DNA from: the human T2T-CHM13v2.0 reference genome, Homo sapiens
Strand: one strand, 5' to 3'
Assembly: GCF_009914755.1 (NCBI RefSeq)
Contig: NC_060928.1
DNA length: 64,000 nt
Position numbers and translations under genes: made by a program. Below, piece by piece: positions 13,836 through 27,375 of this stretch; within the stretch, counting starts at the first letter, position 1; each line of letters opens with the position of its first letter. The notes beneath the pieces were generated by a model. The model worked only from the letters and a program-made list of their open reading frames with translations, was not told the origin of the DNA and did no database searches.

Positions 13836-15109
13836 AAAAGAAGACTGTATAGCTGCATCGAAAATCTTGCTCTTCCTGATGTCTCCTAGATTTAGTAGCA
13901 GAGAACTCAAAGGCACATATTGTTTTTAAATAGCTGTGGATGGTATGAATGGATCATTTGTAAGCCACAAGCTATACTGAATAAGAATTCATCGTCTGTA
14001 GAAAATACTTTACTATTCAGACTTTCAAGAGGTAATAAAATGCTGAGTGTCCTTCTTCAATTAAATAAAATAACTCCAGCTGATATCTAGGAATAAAAAT
14101 GCATAAATTCATGAGTTAAAATTATGATTACAATTACATACTTGAAACTTCCTTAGGTTAACAGTTAATGTATTTTGTGAGTGGTAGCAATAAAATGTTG
14201 ATTGTACTTTATTACTACATTACTGCTACTGTAAATCTAAATTGTCATTGGCATTGAAATAGCTTACTTTTATCCATGAACAATAATGACTTTATTCCTA
14301 TCAGCATGATAATGATTAGCTCTCATAAAGGTAAATACAGCCATTATTAATCCATCTACTAATCATTCTTTCCTGCTATAGTGGGTGGGATGATTGACTC
14401 TTCAGATTAATTCTAACAACATAGGTTCCTGTATAAAAAGAGACATAAACTAAGAAGGGAGAGCTGCTTATGTAAAGAAGCACTAATCTTAGGTCTTAGT
14501 TGAAAGAAAAATAACCTCAAAATTTCCAATGTTTCCACTTAGCAGCAAGGAGAAAAATATCTCATAAGTGTCATATAATTTCTAGGACAATTTTCTCATT
14601 GTCCTTGGATTATTAGTATTGGATACATTTTTGACATATTTTAATTAGCAATTATATTTATTACTCCAGGTCCTTTCACTGTTGTATTCCTTCCTATAGC
14701 TATTTTGACAGCAAGTACTCTAAATATCCCTAAGTACTCAGAAAATTTTTATTTTGTCTTTAGCAGGAAATTCCACTGAAACAAAATAGAACATACCTTT
14801 ATGTTCTATTGAGAGAGTGTGGAAGAAGAAAATTCTGTATTGGTTTTGACTAACAACAAGCTGCCGGAAGATCTCTTTTTCTCCTACAGGTTAATAAGGA
14901 GAAAGTAAGTAATAAGAAAGATAAGGAGTGGTACAAAGCCAACAGAACTACTTCTCAGTTTATCCCGAGACTGTTTTTTTAATTATAATTATCTTAGTTT
15001 AAGTGAATTTCTGGTGTACTGGCCTTGAATATATACAAATGAAAAAATAAAAATACATTTCAAGGTAAGTCAATACAAATTTATATCGTTTTGAATATAG
15101 ATATATTCG

Positions 15110-15600
15110 TCTAAGAATTTTCTTTATATCATGCAGAAAGATTAACAGGGATCTTATAGACCTAAATGTAAAAGCTAAAATTATAACACTTATGGATGAA
15201 AACATTAAAGAAAAGTGTCAAGACCTTGGGTTAGGCAAAGAGTTCTTAGATACAACATAAAACACTGTTTTAACATAAACAAACTTCAAAAACATTGTGA
15301 CAAGTGAAAAAAGCCAGATGCAAAAGATTACATATTGTATGATTCTATTTATATAAAATATTCAGAAAAAGTAAATTTATAGAGATAAAAAGCAGATCAA
15401 TGGTTGCTTAGGGCTGAAAGTAGAAGCCGAGATTGACTGAAAAGAGGCTTGAGGGAAATTTTTTAGTGTGATGGAAAAGTTCTAACGTTGGAAATTGGTA
15501 ATAGTCACACAACTCTAAAAATTTACTAAAAATGTATTGACTTTCACTTACGGTGAACGAACTTTATGGTATCTAAAGTATACTTTAATAAAGCTTTAAA
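15110..15600 (+). mobile_element. Old L1 (L1ME/MD-like) ORF2 end plus 3'UTR
   Basis: gacctaaatgtaaaagctaaaa...gggttaggcaaagagttcttagat; aagccagatgcaaaagattacatattgtatgattc; ends aataaagct. Confidence 0.8.
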
Positions 15601-16204
15601 AATATATTGCAAGGTCAATAGAAAATGTACGATTAATCACAACTTGTATACTCAAAACTGAAAATATTTTAAAACTTAAGAATTTTAAAAATATTTTAAA
15701 TATTTTAAAAATGTTTTAAAACTCTGAAAACTTTATAAAATATTAAGCATAATCACATTAATTGCTGACATACTTCCTAATTAATGAGGAAAAAGGAGTC
15801 TAATTATGATGTTTATATATTTGACCATTGAAATCACCAAGTCAATGTGATTCATAACTTTAAGTTTATTGTTTGTTCACTTATTTGTTTTTAATATTGC
15901 CTGTGTTCTTCAGAAATCTTGGTAATAGCTTCAACTAATGTTAGCAATAATAAAAATAAATTAGTTTCCAAATTTTAAAACAATCAATTTAACAAATATT
16001 TATTGTTACTATACAAGGCACTATAGAAATCATACTTATGAATATATTTCTCAAATTTGTGTATCTTGCCACTTCCTAATTGTGTGTGTTGGTGGGTGTG
16101 TTCATGTGTGTGTGAGAGGATAAAAAGAGAGAGAGAGAGAACTGAAATGAAAATATGGCTATATTAATGATCTAACAAAGTTAAACTTAAAATATTCTCA
16201 TACA

Positions 16205-16484
16205 GGCAGAGTGCGGTGGATCAGGCCTGTAATCCCAGCACTTTGGGAGGCCGAGGTGGGCAGATCACCTGAGGTCAAGTGTTTGAGACCAACCTGGCCA
16301 ACATGGCAAAACCCCATCTCTACTGAAAATACAAAAATTAACCGGACGTGGTGGCTGGTGCCTATAATCCCACCTATGTGGAGGCTGAGACAGGAAATTG
16401 CTTGAACCTGGGAGGTGGAGGCTGCAATGAGCCGAGATTGTGCCACTGCACTCCAGCCTGGGCAACAGAGTGAGACTCTGCCTC
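16205..16484 (+). mobile_element. Alu (AluS) lacking a poly-A tail
   Basis: Dimer ends at gagactctgcctc and runs directly into unique sequence. Confidence 0.92.
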
Positions 16485-17047
16485 TGGTCCAATCATAAAT
16501 GGTAGACCATAGGACGAGGTCTTCCTGCATACCTTCATTCACCATTCAATATCAAAAGTGAACTGATAGACTAAGTGGTAATGGGTGCCTCAAACATATA
16601 CTGTACGTAGATATACAAAACCATACTCAACGAGTTTCCAGTTCATCAGCAAGGTCAGTAATTCCAGAATAGTTATTAGCAGCATAACAGTCACACATGC
16701 CATGTTTGAAATCTTTTGACCAATGGAGAAGTGACAACTTCAGAGGGAAAAACATGTGCCAATTATTTGCTTATCTAATTAGTAAACACTCTTTGTAGGT
16801 TCCTGACTCAACCTCTTCTCATACTCTTACAATGAAGAGATTGATTTTCCTGGTCTTAATTGCACTTCAATTATGCTTCTCCTTTACTTTAAACTCTCTA
16901 ATTAGAATATTGAATATCATCTAACAGACACATAAAGTTTTTTTTTCTAAATTGAAGTCACTTACCTTCAATTATTTCCCAGTAGCAAAATGATAAATTA
17001 ACAATGAATTCTGCCATATCCTGAGTCCATTATCATTCCTTTGCAGT

Positions 17048-17088
<41 letters not shown>
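17048..17088. repeat. (TA)n(TG)15 microsatellite
   Basis: Read directly from the sequence. Confidence 0.97.
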
Positions 17089-17091
<3 letters not shown>

Positions 17092-17255
17092 CATGTATGT
17101 ATATGTAATGTTAAATCATTTGTATTTACCAGTGAAACCAATCAACCAATCAATTAAAATCCCAAATCTTTCATTTGGCAGATTGAAATTAGAAGCATAA
17201 AGCATTTTGTCAAGATATAACTATGAAGATATTTTCATTACTAAATATACAAATA

Positions 17256-17563
<308 letters not shown>

Positions 17564-17669
17564 AATATATATACATTTTCATACACATATACTTGTCTAA
17601 ATATGGCATATAAATCTAAATAAATAAATGGATATATCCATCTCCTTGTGTATAATTCATATTTATATT

Positions 17670-18395
17670 AATATATACTCATTCTCTTATGTAAGCCCTT
17701 CCCCTTGATTATTGGTGTGACCTGTGACTTACTTCTGTCCAACAAAATGCAGTAAAGATGATGGGATATATGCAATTACATGCACATGATTATATGACTG
17801 TTGTAAAAGATTGTAGCACTTGTCATGCTGGAGTCTTTCTTTCCCTTACTGACTTTGAGGAAGAAACACTTTGCATAGCAAGGAACTATGGGTGGCCTCC
17901 AAGAGTGGTTTCCAGCAGTCAGCAAGAAATTGAAATCCTCAGTTTAACAACCAAAAGGAAATGAATTCTGCCATCAACTTGCATGAATTGTGAAACAAAT
18001 TCTTCCCCAGTAAAACCTCAGATGAGATCACAACCCAGCTGACATGTTGGTTGCAATAAATACATTGCAATCAATGATTTGGATTGCAGCATAAAACTAA
18101 GGTGTATCTAGTCTCCTGACACATAGAAACTGTGAGATAGTAAATGTACATGGTTTTAAGCTGCTAATTTTTTGGTAATATTGTTATGCAGCAGTAGATA
18201 ACTCATACAAATTTTAGTACATGGAAGTCTGATGCTGCTATAACAAACACCGAAAAATTTTGGGAGTTGTTTTCGAACCAGGCACTGGATGCAGGCTGAA
18301 ATAAATTTTTGAAGAACATGATAGAGAAAACTTAAATGTCCTCAAACACACCGTTAGTAGAAATACATGGAAAGAGTGCTGTCAGTGAGGGCAGT
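17670..18395 (+). mobile_element. MLT1 (F/G/H-like) LTR to about 18208 plus start of MLT1-int
   Basis: LTR end gttatgcagcagtagataactcataca followed by int-like gtacatggaagtctgatgctgctataacaaac. Confidence 0.75.
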
Positions 18396-18399
18396 TCAA

Positions 18400-19660
18400 A
18401 TATTTTAAGTGTCTTGTGATATGTCCTTTGACCATGGATTATTTAGAAGTATTTAGATTATTTAGAAGTATTTCTAAAAACTTGGAAATTATTCATTTTT
18501 TGCTTATTTATTTTTAATTTATTACTTTTTGGTCACAAACATCCTCTGTATGATTCATGTTGTTTGAAAGACATTTTTCTATTCCTACCACCTGAGATTA
18601 CAACTTGATATTTGTCCTCTTCTGGCTTATATTGCTATGTACTTAAGTTCATTGTTCTTTTATTCTGCCTTGTTTAATTTGATGTCAGTTTCATCCAGTT
18701 AGTTTTTCATTTTGATATTGTAATTTTTTTAGTTTAGGAAGTTCCATTGATTTTTTTCCCTATCTTCCTTTTCTATTCTTCTAATTTTCTTGTTTAAATT
18801 CTTAAGCACTTTCGTAATAGTTGTTTTATTCCCCCTTTCTGCTAATTTTATCATTTCTGTCATTTCTTGATCTCTTTCTGTTAATTGATTTTTATCTTGA
18901 TTACAGGCCACCTTTTTTCTATTTCTTCTTTCGTATAGTAATCATTGATTGAATGGCTGATATTTTACCATATTGATTGAATTTTACTCTCTTCCTTATT
19001 CCGTTTCCAGGGGTAGTTAAGTAACTTATAAATATTATTGATCTAATCAAGGTTTAATTTTAGGCCTTCCAAGGGCAGAACTAGATTAATCTTTGAAGTA
19101 GGTCTAAGTTAACACTGCTACCAAGATTTGAATTTTCTGGGGTCTCTGAGGCATTGGAATCTTTCCACTGTGTCTGCTCTGAAGTCAAATATCTCCCAGC
19201 CATGCATTTATTCTAGGAATTGTTTATGTTCATCTGCTTCACAGTTCAGCATTGTAGAATCACATTCTGTGTATTTATTTGCATTAATATGTTCAGCAAC
19301 AGACATGAGGAGACCCCTATTCAGGTTTTCTACCCTCCTGCCTGACACTCTCTCTCATAACTTTCACCTTCTCATACAACATTCTTTGTCTTCCCAACAG
19401 AATAAGATGATTTAGGTTATACTGCTCTACTTAAGTTTCATCTCTTTGTGCCATGGTCCATTTAGTGTCTTCAGGCACAAAGCTGAGGTGATTATGGGTA
19501 TCATCCTTTTTGTTTTTCTTCTCACAGATATCACAATTCTGTGCAGCTCATTTTTTCAATATTCAAAATTGATTTCCCCCACTTTTCTAGTTGTTTCAGC
19601 AGTATGTCAAGTTCGCTAACACTCATTTCAAAATTGTATGGCCGGAAGTGGAAATTCCTC
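18400..19660 (-). mobile_element. Old L1M 5'/ORF1 region
   Basis: Minus ORF 18729..18911 (ERDQEMTEMIKLAERGNKTTITKVLKNL) resembles old L1 ORF1; ends near ggccggaagtgg as in L1M 5' ends. Confidence 0.65.
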
Positions 19661-19679
19661 ATTCTTTATATATTGACAT

Positions 19680-20080
19680 ATTTACTCTTCAAACTGAGTG
19701 GTTAACTATCTTGCCAAATGTCACTGTGCAAGGATTTGAACATAGTATGCCAGATTCAGAATCTATGCAATTAACCATTATAGCAAAGTGTGTACAATAA
19801 ATTATAAATGGTGCTTTGTAGCCTAAGTAGAAAACACAATGAAGGGAGTGGCAGGAGATGAGGTTGGAGAGTTATGTAGGAGCAGCCACATTAAAGACAG
19901 TACTGCGGGCAGTGTTAAAGAGTTTGGTCTGCTTCCTATAGGCCACCAAAAGCTACAGGATAATTTGCAGGAAAGAGCAACTTTGTCAGACTTTTTCTTT
20001 AGGTATTATTCTGGGAGTGGTGTAATGGATGGATTTGGAAACAGACCAGAGATAGGAATGCGATTCATTCTGCGTATGAA
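19680..20080 (-). mobile_element. MIR fragment then L2 fragment
   Basis: ttaactatcttgccaaatgtcac...ggatttgaac (MIR); gcaggagatgaggttggagag...gttaaagagtttggtc (L2). Confidence 0.55.
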
Positions 20081-20693
20081 ATGATGTGCACAATACATGT
20101 AGTCACTGAATTTTTAAAAACTAATTGCTAAGTTTCAAAGCTTTCTTTGATAAGCATGTTTAAAATTTTCATATAAGAACAGCTATTTTAAAAGTTAAAT
20201 AAATATCTAGAAGCCAATGACGTTATGATTAATACATTCAATTACTTTGTCATGAAATTAAAGTTGAATCTCTGAGTCCACTTATTATTAAAGTGTTTGT
20301 TTTTCTTTAAAGATGGTTAAAAATATTCTTTCTAGTTGGAGAATGCCTAAAAACGAAAGTTTTCTTCCCTTGGGCAAGGCATACCTTAGCAAACTGAAGT
20401 TAGGTCCTCATCTGTAGATTGAAACACTGGGTAACTAAAGCAGTGATATGTCAAACTTCTCTGGCAACTGATTTCTCTTTATAAGTGAAGGCTGATTCAG
20501 AAATGCAATAAGTATTGAGAAAACATTGGGCAACCCTGCCTACATAGTCACTGTTACCCGATTCCAAGGCATCATTGCCCTTAGGACTCTTCTTGGAATC
20601 CACACTAGTAACTCAGTTGGGAAATCATTAAACTACATAATCTAAAGTGAGGTAAAATGTTATCCAACTCATTAATGCATATATACAGAGGAT

Positions 20694-20696
<3 letters not shown>

Positions 20697-20730
<34 letters not shown>
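20697..20730. repeat. (CA)17 microsatellite
   Basis: Read directly from the sequence. Confidence 0.98.
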
Positions 20731-20733
<3 letters not shown>

Positions 20734-23332
20734 TGTGTGGATCATTTAACACCTAAATCAAATGGTCATGGAATAATTATGTTTGTTTTATCTGTTTACA
20801 AGTAGCTAATTTACCCCCAAACTGTGGTAGCTTGAGTAAACACAGCTTACAAAAGTTTGTAAGTGATGTATTACAAAAGCAGTACAGATCAAATGACAAT
20901 TCAAAGTAGTTCTCAAACTCATAGGTCAGCCATGTCCTAAATTCTTACCTTAAAACCTTGATCAACAATTCTTATAAAAATACCTTTTTCTAGCTCTAGA
21001 ATATTAATCTTGTCATCACGTTACATGTCTTAAAGAAATTCTGAGAGGTTTCTGTGTGATTCTAAGGTTACCTGTAAAATGGGAAATCTATAATTATATG
21101 CTTTGCAGTCAGCTGCTTCCTTCAGGCAACCACCTTGCATTAAATCTGCCATTAAAATAAATTTAAAAAGTCTCCCCAGGGATTGTTTTGCTCTCGTAAA
21201 CTACTAATCTGCTAAATATGTAATTGAATTATTCTGTCATCTTAGCACCAACTTCACTTTTAAATAAAAACTCCTTGTAAATAAGAGGACAAGCCATAGA
21301 GCTGAGATCAATACATACTTCTATAAACCTTTCTTAATAGTTGCTGAGTAGAAAAAATAAAAGCAACTCTTAAAACTCTCCTTATTTTCTTACCACTGTC
21401 TTGTCACTTATGATGATGAGTGTACCTTTGTAGGAGCCTGGAATATAGCAAGAGAGAAAGAAAGGAACTAAGGAACTACAAGAGAGTCAGAAAACAATTA
21501 TCAAAATGGCAATAGAAGGTCATTACTCATCAATAATTACTTTAAATGTAAATGGATTAGATTATCCAATCGAAAGATAGAGTGGCTGAATGGATAAAAG
21601 ACCAAAATTCAACTGTGTGTTGCTTATTAAAAAACTCATTTTAACTTGAAGAATGCACATATGCTGAAAGTAAAGGAATACAAAAAGATGTTTTACGCAA
21701 ATGATAACCAAAACAGACCAGGATTGGCTATACTAATATCAGGCAAAATAGACTTTAAGCAAAAAACTGTAAAAAAAGACAAAGAAGGTCCTCATATAAA
21801 GATAATGGGGTCAAATTACCAAAGGATATAACAATTATAAATATAGATGCATCTAACATTTTAGCACCTAAATGTTTTTTTTTTTTTTTTAAATATTAAC
21901 AGAACTGAAGGGAGAAAAAAATACAATAACAGCGGGGGACTTCAACACTCCACTTTCAACAATGAATAGGTAAGCCAGACAGAAAATCAATAAGAAAACA
22001 GCAAATTTGATTAATACTATACACTTAATGGACCTAAAAGACATATACCGAAAATTCTATCTAACAGTAGAATAATAGACATTCTTCCACAGCAGACTTG
22101 GCATACCTTCCAGGACAGATAATATGTTGGACCACAAAACAATTCTTAACATATACAAGGAGATTGAAATCGTATCATTTATCTTTTCTGACCACAATAG
22201 TATAAAACTAGGAATCAATAAAAAGAGAAAATTCAGAAAATTTACACATATGTGGAAATCAAACAACTCACTAATGAACAATTAGTGGGTCAAAGAAAAA
22301 ATTTTAAAAAATTTAAAAATACGTTGAGACAAAGGAAACTAGAAAACAACATACCAAAATTACTGAGATGCAGCAAAAGCAGTTTTAAAAGGAAAGTTTA
22401 TAGCAATAAATGCCTATTTTAGGAAAAAGAAAGGCTTCAAGTAAACAACCTAAGCGTATACCTTAAGAATCTAAAGAAAGAAGAACAAATGAAGCCCCAA
22501 AGTGAGCAGAAAGAAAGAAAGAATAAAGATTAGAGGAAAAGTAAATGAAATAGACATGAAAAAAATAGAAAAGATCAAGAAAACTAAAAGTTCAGTTTTT
22601 AAAAAGAAAAATAAAATTTACAAACATTTACTTAGACTAACCAAGCAAAAAAGAAGACTCAAATAAATAAAATTATAAATGAAAGAGGAAATATTACAAC
22701 TGATACCACATAATGCAAAGGATCATAAAAGACAACTGTGAACAATTATAAGCCAACAAAAGGGATAACCTACAATAAGTAAATAAATGCCTAGAAACAT
22801 AGAAAGGCCAAGGTTAAATCATAGAGAAATAGAAAATCTGAAAGGACTAAAAGACTAAAGAAACAGAAAATTTGCAAAGACTAGTTTGAAAAGACTAAAA
22901 GACTATGGAGTTTGAATCAGTAATCAAAAATCTCGCAACAAATAAAAGCCCAGGACCAGATGGCATCATTACTGAATCCTACCAAACATTAAAGAAGAGT
23001 TAATGCTAATGCTTCTTAAATCCTTCTAAAAAAATTGTAGAGGAAGGAATATTTCCAAATTCATTTTATGAGGCCAATATTTTCCTGACCCCAAAGCCAG
23101 AGAAGGACACTATTAAAAAAAGAAAATTACAGCCAATATCTCTGATGAATATCTCATAGGTGCAAAATCATTACTAATGTATTAACAAATGGAATCAAAC
23201 AGCATGTTAAAAGGATCATACATGATGATCAAGTGGGATTTATCCCTGGAATGTGTGAATGGCTCAACATACAAAACCCACTAAATTCAATACACCATAT
23301 TAATAGAATGAAATATAAAAATCATTTGATCA

Positions 23333-23630
23333 GGATCAGGCATGCTGGCTTATACCTGTAATTCCAGCACTTTGGGAGGCTGAGGTGGGCTGATCACTTG
23401 AAGTTAAGAGTTCGAGAACAGCGTGGCCAACATGGTCAAACTCCATCTCTACTAAAAATACAACATTAGCTGGGTGAGGTGGTGCGGGCTTGTAATCCCA
23501 GCTACTTGGGAGGCTGAGGCACGAGAATCACTTGAACCCGGGAGCAGAGGTTGTAGTAAGCTGAGATCGTGCCACTGCACTGCAGCCTGGGAGACAGAAT
23601 GAAACTCCATCTCAAAACAACCAAAAAAAA
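23333..23630 (+). mobile_element. Alu (AluS) inside L1
   Basis: TSD aaaaat(c/t)atttgatca at 23317-23332 and 23626-23641. Confidence 0.94.
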
Positions 23631-23841
23631 TTATTTGATCATTTCAGGAGACACAGAAAAAACATTTGAAAAAATTCAACACTGTTTCATGATAAAAACT
23701 TTCAACAAATTAGGTATAGATGGTGTGTACCTCAACATAATAAATGCCATATATAACAAGCCCACAGGTAACATTACAGTCAATGGTGAAAAGAAAAAAA
23801 TCTTTCCTCTAAGATCAGGAACACCACCAGGATGCCCACTC

Positions 23842-23980
23842 TTTTTTTAATCTTCTTTTTGTGGAGAATGGGCTTTCACTATGTTGCCCAGCCTGATCTT
23901 AAGCATTTGGATTCAAGCTATCCTCCTGCCTTTGCCTCCCTGAATGCTGGGATTAAAGGTATGAATCACAATGCCCAGCC
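23842..23980 (-). mobile_element. FLAM (free left Alu monomer) inside L1
   Basis: About 135-bp left monomer only; TSD ccag(g/a)atgcccactctt at 23827-23843 and 23981-23997. Confidence 0.85.
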
Positions 23981-24225
23981 CCAGAATGCCCACTCTTACC
24001 ACTTTTTTTCAACACAGTATTGCAAGTCCTAGCTAGAGCAAATAGTCAGGAAAAAGACATAAAACTCTTCCAAATTGGAATAGAAGAAGTAAATTGATCT
24101 CTGTTTGCAGACGACATGATGTTATGTAAAGAAAACCTTAAATAATACACCAAGAATGTTAGAAGTAATAAGTGAATTCAATAAAATTGCAGGATACAAA
24201 ATTAACATAAAAAAGTCACCTTTTA

Positions 24226-24509
24226 GGCCAAGTGTGGTGGCTTATGCCTGTAATTCCAGCACTTTGGGAGGCCAAGGTGGGCAGACCACTTGAATTCAGG
24301 AGTTTGAGACCAGCCTGGCCAACATGGCTAAATCCCATCTCTACTAAAAATACAAAAATTAGCCAGGCATTGTGGCACACACCTGTAATCCCAGCTACTC
24401 AGCTGGCTAAGGCAAGAGAATTGCTTGAACCCAGGAGGTGGAGGTTGCAATGGGCCGTGATCATGCCACTCCAGCCTGGGCAACATAGTGAGACCCTGTC
24501 TCAAAAAAA
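24226..24509 (+). mobile_element. Alu (old S/J) inside L1
   Basis: TSD aaaaaagtcacctttt at 24209-24224 and 24504-24519. Confidence 0.94.
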
Positions 24510-26354
24510 GTCACCTTTTTATATACTAACAATGATTAAACAAAAGATTCCCCTTACAATAGCATGAAAAAATACTTAGGCATATATTTAACCAGTGAAG
24601 TAAAAGATCTGTACACTGAAAACTATGAAACATTGATGAAAGAAATTGAAGAAGAAACAAATAAATGGGAAGATATCTCAAGTTTATGGATTGGAAGAAT
24701 TAATATTGTTAAAGTGCCCATACCACCCAAAGTGATCCACAGATGTAATGTAATCCCTATCAAAATTCTGGTGACATTTTTCACAGTTATAGGCAAAAAA
24801 AAAAAAAAATTCTTAAAATTTGTATGGAACCACAAAGAACTTGCATAGCCTAAGCAATGTTGAGCAAGCAGGACAAAGCTGGAAGCATCACACTTTCCAA
24901 TTTCAAAATGTATTACAAATCTACAGTAATTAAAACATATGGTTCTGGCATTAAAAACAGACATACAGGCAGATGGAACAGAAAAGAAAGCCTAGAAATA
25001 AATCCACATGTTTACGGTCAACTGATCTTTGACAAAGGTGTAATTGTATAATGTGTTTACTCATTGTGTAATGGGTAAAAGATAATCTCTTCAATAAATG
25101 GTGTGGAAAATAATGGATATCCACACATAGAAGAATGAAATTGGACCCTTTTCTCACTGCATATACAGAAGTCAAGTCAAAATGAATTTAAGACTTAAAT
25201 GTAAGAACTGAAAATGTAAAACTACTGGAATAAAACAGGGGGACAGTTTGTTGACATTGGTCTTGGCAATGATTTTTGGATATGACAACAAAAGCATAGT
25301 CAAGCAAAGGAAAAATAGACAAGTGAGATTGCATCGAACTTTAATGCTCTGTGCAGCAAAGGAAACCATCAACAGAGTGAAAAGAAAACTTACAAAATGA
25401 GAGGAAGTATTTGCAGACTGTACATCTGATAAGTGATTAATATCTAACATATATAAAAAACTCAAACAATCCAAAGCAAGAAAATAGCCTGATTAAAAAA
25501 TGAGTAAAGAACCCGAACTGACATTTCTCCAAAGACATACAAATAGCCAATGGGTATATGAAAGGATGCTCAGCTTCATTAATTATCAGAAAAACACAAT
25601 CAAAACCAAAATGAGATAGCACCTCACAGCTGTTAGAATGGCTAATACCAGAAATATAAAAAATAACAACTGTTGGTGAGGATGTGGTGAAAAGAGAATC
25701 CTCAGACACTGTTTGTAGAAATGTACATTGTTATAGCCATTATGGAAAACAGAATGAAGCTTCCTGAAAAAGTTGAAAAAATAAAAATAAAAATAGTGCT
25801 ACCATACGATCCTGCGATGCAATTTCTAGGTATATAAAAAAGAAAATGAAATTAGTATGTCAAAAAGATATTTATACTTCTATGTCCATTACAACATTAG
25901 TTACATTACTCAGGATATGAAAACAACCTGTGTCCCTCAATAGATAAATAGATAAAAAAATATGATATACACACGATGTATTATCCAGCCATAAAAAGAA
26001 GGCGATCTTGTCATTCGTGACAACAAGGATGAAACTACAGGGCATTAAGTGAAATAAGTCACACACAGAAAGACAAACATTACCTAATTTCATATGTGTA
26101 ATCTAAAAAAGTCAAATTTAGAAGCAGAAAGTAGAATAATAACTGTCAAGGGTTAGAGGTTGGGGAAAATGGACACATGTTTATCAAAGGGCAGAAAATT
26201 TCAGTTATGCAGGATGAATAAATTCTGGAGATCTAATGTGCAGTATTGTGATTATAGTTGATAGTGTATTGTATGCTTGAAATTTGCTAAGGTTAAGTGT
26301 TCTTACCACACACAAAAGATAACTGTGAAGTGATGGCTATTTTAATTAGCTAGA

Positions 26355-27140
26355 TTTTTGGCAACTTTGTCAAAGATCAGTTGACTGTAAATGTGTAGAT
26401 TCATTTGTAGGCTTTCTATTCTGTTCTATCCACTTGTATGTCAGTTTTTATGCCAGTACTATACTGTTTTGATTACTGTAGCTTTCTAATACATTTTCAA
26501 ATCAGGAAGTGTGATGCCTCTACCCTTGTTCTTCTTGGTCAAGCTTGCTTCGACTATTCTAGATAGTTTACGGCTCCATAAGAATTTTATGATGTTTTTT
26601 CTATAACTATAAAAAATATTTTCAAAATTTTGATAAGGATTACATTAAATCTGTGGATTGCTTTGGGTATTATGGGCTTTTTAACAATATTAATTCTTCC
26701 AATCCACAAAGATGGGACATCTTTCCATTTATTTATATCTTCTTTAATTTCTTTCATCAATGTTTCATTGTTTTACGTGCATAGATCTTTTATCTCCTCA
26801 GTTAAGTTTATTCCCAAGTAGTTCATTTTCTTGATGCTATAAATGAGATTATTTTCTTAAATACAATCCTAATCTTAAATATAAAGATTATATTTTTGCC
26901 AGTCTTAAATTGTTTTTCACATCAGTCATTGTTAATATACAGAAATGTAAATGTTTTATGTTTATTTTACATTCTCCAACTTTCCTGAAATGTTTATGAG
27001 TTCTAACATTTTTTGATGGATGATTTAGGATTTCAGGATTTTCTATATGTAATGTAATGTCATCTGCAGGCAGAGACAATTCTACTTCTTTTCCAATTTG
27101 GATGTGTTTTCTTTCTTTTTTCTGATTATTGTTCTGGCAA
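26355..27140 (-). mobile_element. L1M ORF2 fragment, inverted relative to the adjacent L1
   Basis: Reverse complement of the RT/post-RT region (minus ORF 26888..27079 SLPADDITLHIENP). Confidence 0.88.
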
Positions 27141-27171
27141 GCAGGCTTGATGTTTTCGTTAATTGATTCTC

Positions 27172-27375
27172 CAGAGCTATGTCAGCAAACTATAGCCTGA
27201 GGACCAACTTCTGTGTCTGCCTATTTTTGTAAATAAAGTTTTATGAGAACATAGCCAAGCCCATTTGTTTACATATTATGTTTTCATACGATTACAGCAA
27301 TGTTGATTAGTGGCCCAAAGTTAAGGTATTTACTATCTCTTCCTTTTTGAAAAAATTATGCCAATTCATACTCTA
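27172..27375. mobile_element. MER58A-like hAT MITE
   Basis: tcagcaaactatagcc...tttttgtaaataaagttttat...aggtatttactatct. Confidence 0.78.

Larger units (their letters stand above)
21440..26350 (+). mobile_element. Degraded L1 (L1MA8/9-like) from inter-ORF region through ORF2 to 3'UTR, with three SINE insertions
   Basis: EN start (ataattactttaaatgtaaatggatt), RT motif tttgcagacgacatg (FADDM, ~24104), ORF 24564..24848 KYLGIYLT..., L1MA-type 3'UTR; many stops and frameshifts. Confidence 0.93.

Noticed and set aside
15660-15745. AT-rich quasi-palindromic run (aaaatattttaaaa...)
   Set aside because: Low-complexity sequence; self-complementarity is trivial at this composition.
16961-16970. Strong minus-strand donor AAG|gtaagt
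   Set aside because: No convincing partner acceptor within exon distance.
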